DNA of 32,000 nt, taken from NCBI GenBank assembly GCA_035478435.1, contig DATIJT010000022.1, forward strand, positions 27,878-59,877, written 5' to 3'. Of the stretch, positions 31,167 to 32,000 are shown piece by piece. Numbering within the stretch: the first letter of the stretch is position 1; every line of letters starts with the position of its first letter. Below the pieces are notes generated by a model. It had not been told where the DNA came from. It saw only the letters and a list, made by a program, of their open reading frames with translations, and did no database searches. This DNA comes from Candidatus Saccharimonadales bacterium. Lineage in GTDB: Bacteria > Patescibacteriota > Saccharimonadia > Saccharimonadales > UBA4665. The position numbers and the translations under genes are program-made.

Positions 31167-32000
31167 ATGCACATCTATTTTTCTGGCATCGGTGGCACGG
31201 CTATTGGTCCGCTGGCTTTGATAGCCAAACAAGCTGGATTTGAGGTGTCAGGTTCCGACAAACAGACTTCACAATATATCGAATACCTCAAAAAACACGG
31301 TATAACTAATATCCACATTGGCCAAGACCGCCAAGCGATTGCCGTAGTCCATCAAAAGCGACCGATTGATTGGTTCGTTTACACTTCTGCCCTACCGCTC
31401 GAGAATCCGGATGCCCCGGAGCTGGCTTACTGCGCCGAGCAGGGCATAAAGACTTCCAAGCGAGATGAGTTTTTGAACCACATTTTCCAAACCAAAGGTC
31501 TGAAGCTATTAGCCATAGCCGGTACACATGGCAAAACCACCACTACGGCCATGGTTATTTGGCTTTTTAAGCAGCTAGGGATGCCGTTTAGCTATTCAGT
31601 AGGGGCCAAAATCCCCTTTGGCGACATGGGGCAGTTTGAGCCGCAAAGTGAATATTTTGTGTATGAAGCGGACGAATTTGACCGCAATTTTCTGGCCTAT
31701 GAACCGCACATTAGCCTAATTACCGGCGTTAGCTGGGACCACCACGAAATCTTCCCTACCCGCGAAGATTACCAAGCCGCTTTCCGCGAATTCATAGGAC
31801 AAAGCCAGCAAGTTTTTTTATGGCAAGAAGATGCCGATTATCTAGCCGTCGAACCTGGCCCTGTTATTACGAGCCTTGATAGCAGCGAAATTCTCGATGC
31901 CAAGCACAAGATTAAACTTGTGGGACTGTACAACCGCTTAGATGCCTGGCTAGCCGTGCAAGCCGTGCATTACGTCACTAAAAAGCCTGTCGAGGAGTTG
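31167..32000 (+). CDS. murC: UDP-N-acetylmuramate--L-alanine ligase-type Mur ligase, N-terminal 278 aa (3' end outside window)
   Basis: Absent from the ORF track because no stop is reached. GIGGTAIGPLA nucleotide-binding start and Mur-ligase P-loop AGTHGKTTTTAM. MurC cannot be separated from Mpl by eye. Confidence 0.75.
   Translation, partial: MHIYFSGIGGTAIGPLALIAKQAGFEVSGSDKQTSQYIEYLKKHGITNIHIGQDRQAIAVVHQKRPIDWFVYTSALPLENPDAPELAYCAEQGIKTSKRDEFLNHIFQTKGLKLLAIAGTHGKTTTTAMVIWLFKQLGMPFSYSVGAKIPFGDMGQFEPQSEYFVYEADEFDRNFLAYEPHISLITGVSWDHHEIFPTREDYQAAFREFIGQSQQVFLWQEDADYLAVEPGPVITSLDSSEILDAKHKIKLVGLYNRLDAWLAVQAVHYVTKKPVEEL

Overview
Gene-dense bacterial chromosome segment with no rRNA, CRISPR array, transposase or integrase. 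Hand counts over a few lines give about 50% GC in the housekeeping genes. The content is core housekeeping: purB (partial), gmk, lepA, murJ, ftsH, tilS, plsY-cdsA, pyrF, an ABC-2 exporter pair and a murC-type ligase (partial). These are interleaved with many small polytopic membrane proteins and orphan ORFs. The minimal-metabolism look, stop-codon overlaps between convergent genes and many orphans suggest a reduced-genome CPR/Patescibacteria (Saccharibacteria-like) organism; this is inference only. There are three tRNAs, all with a CAU anticodon: elongator Met, a probable Ile2 (the lysidine substrate of the tilS encoded here) and initiator fMet. Each sits behind a long hairpin-rich leader. No recognisable defence or mobile system is present. 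The features that annotation does not explain are these. (1) A family of strictly intergenic long hairpin elements: three of about 165 nt, plus shorter relatives of 99 and 119 nt. Their outer stems are unique but perfectly paired, and the apical cores of two of them are clearly related. (2) An in-frame quasi-palindromic heptamer-repeat block inside tilS, with related GACTTT repeats upstream of murC. (3) A diverged copy of the tRNA-Met 3' half 1 kb downstream of the intact gene, bracketing a single transporter gene. (4) An A9 tract that separates two ORFs sharing an internal repeat, which could reflect a -1 frameshift, phase variation or a sequencing error. (5) A promoter-plus-terminator-bounded candidate sRNA of about 170 nt. 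(6) A low-GC islet abutting a tRNA 3' end, which carries a 29-aa ORF with near-consensus expression signals and an HExxH protein. (7) Several apparently leaderless genes. All functional readings of these are hypotheses that need database or experimental checks.
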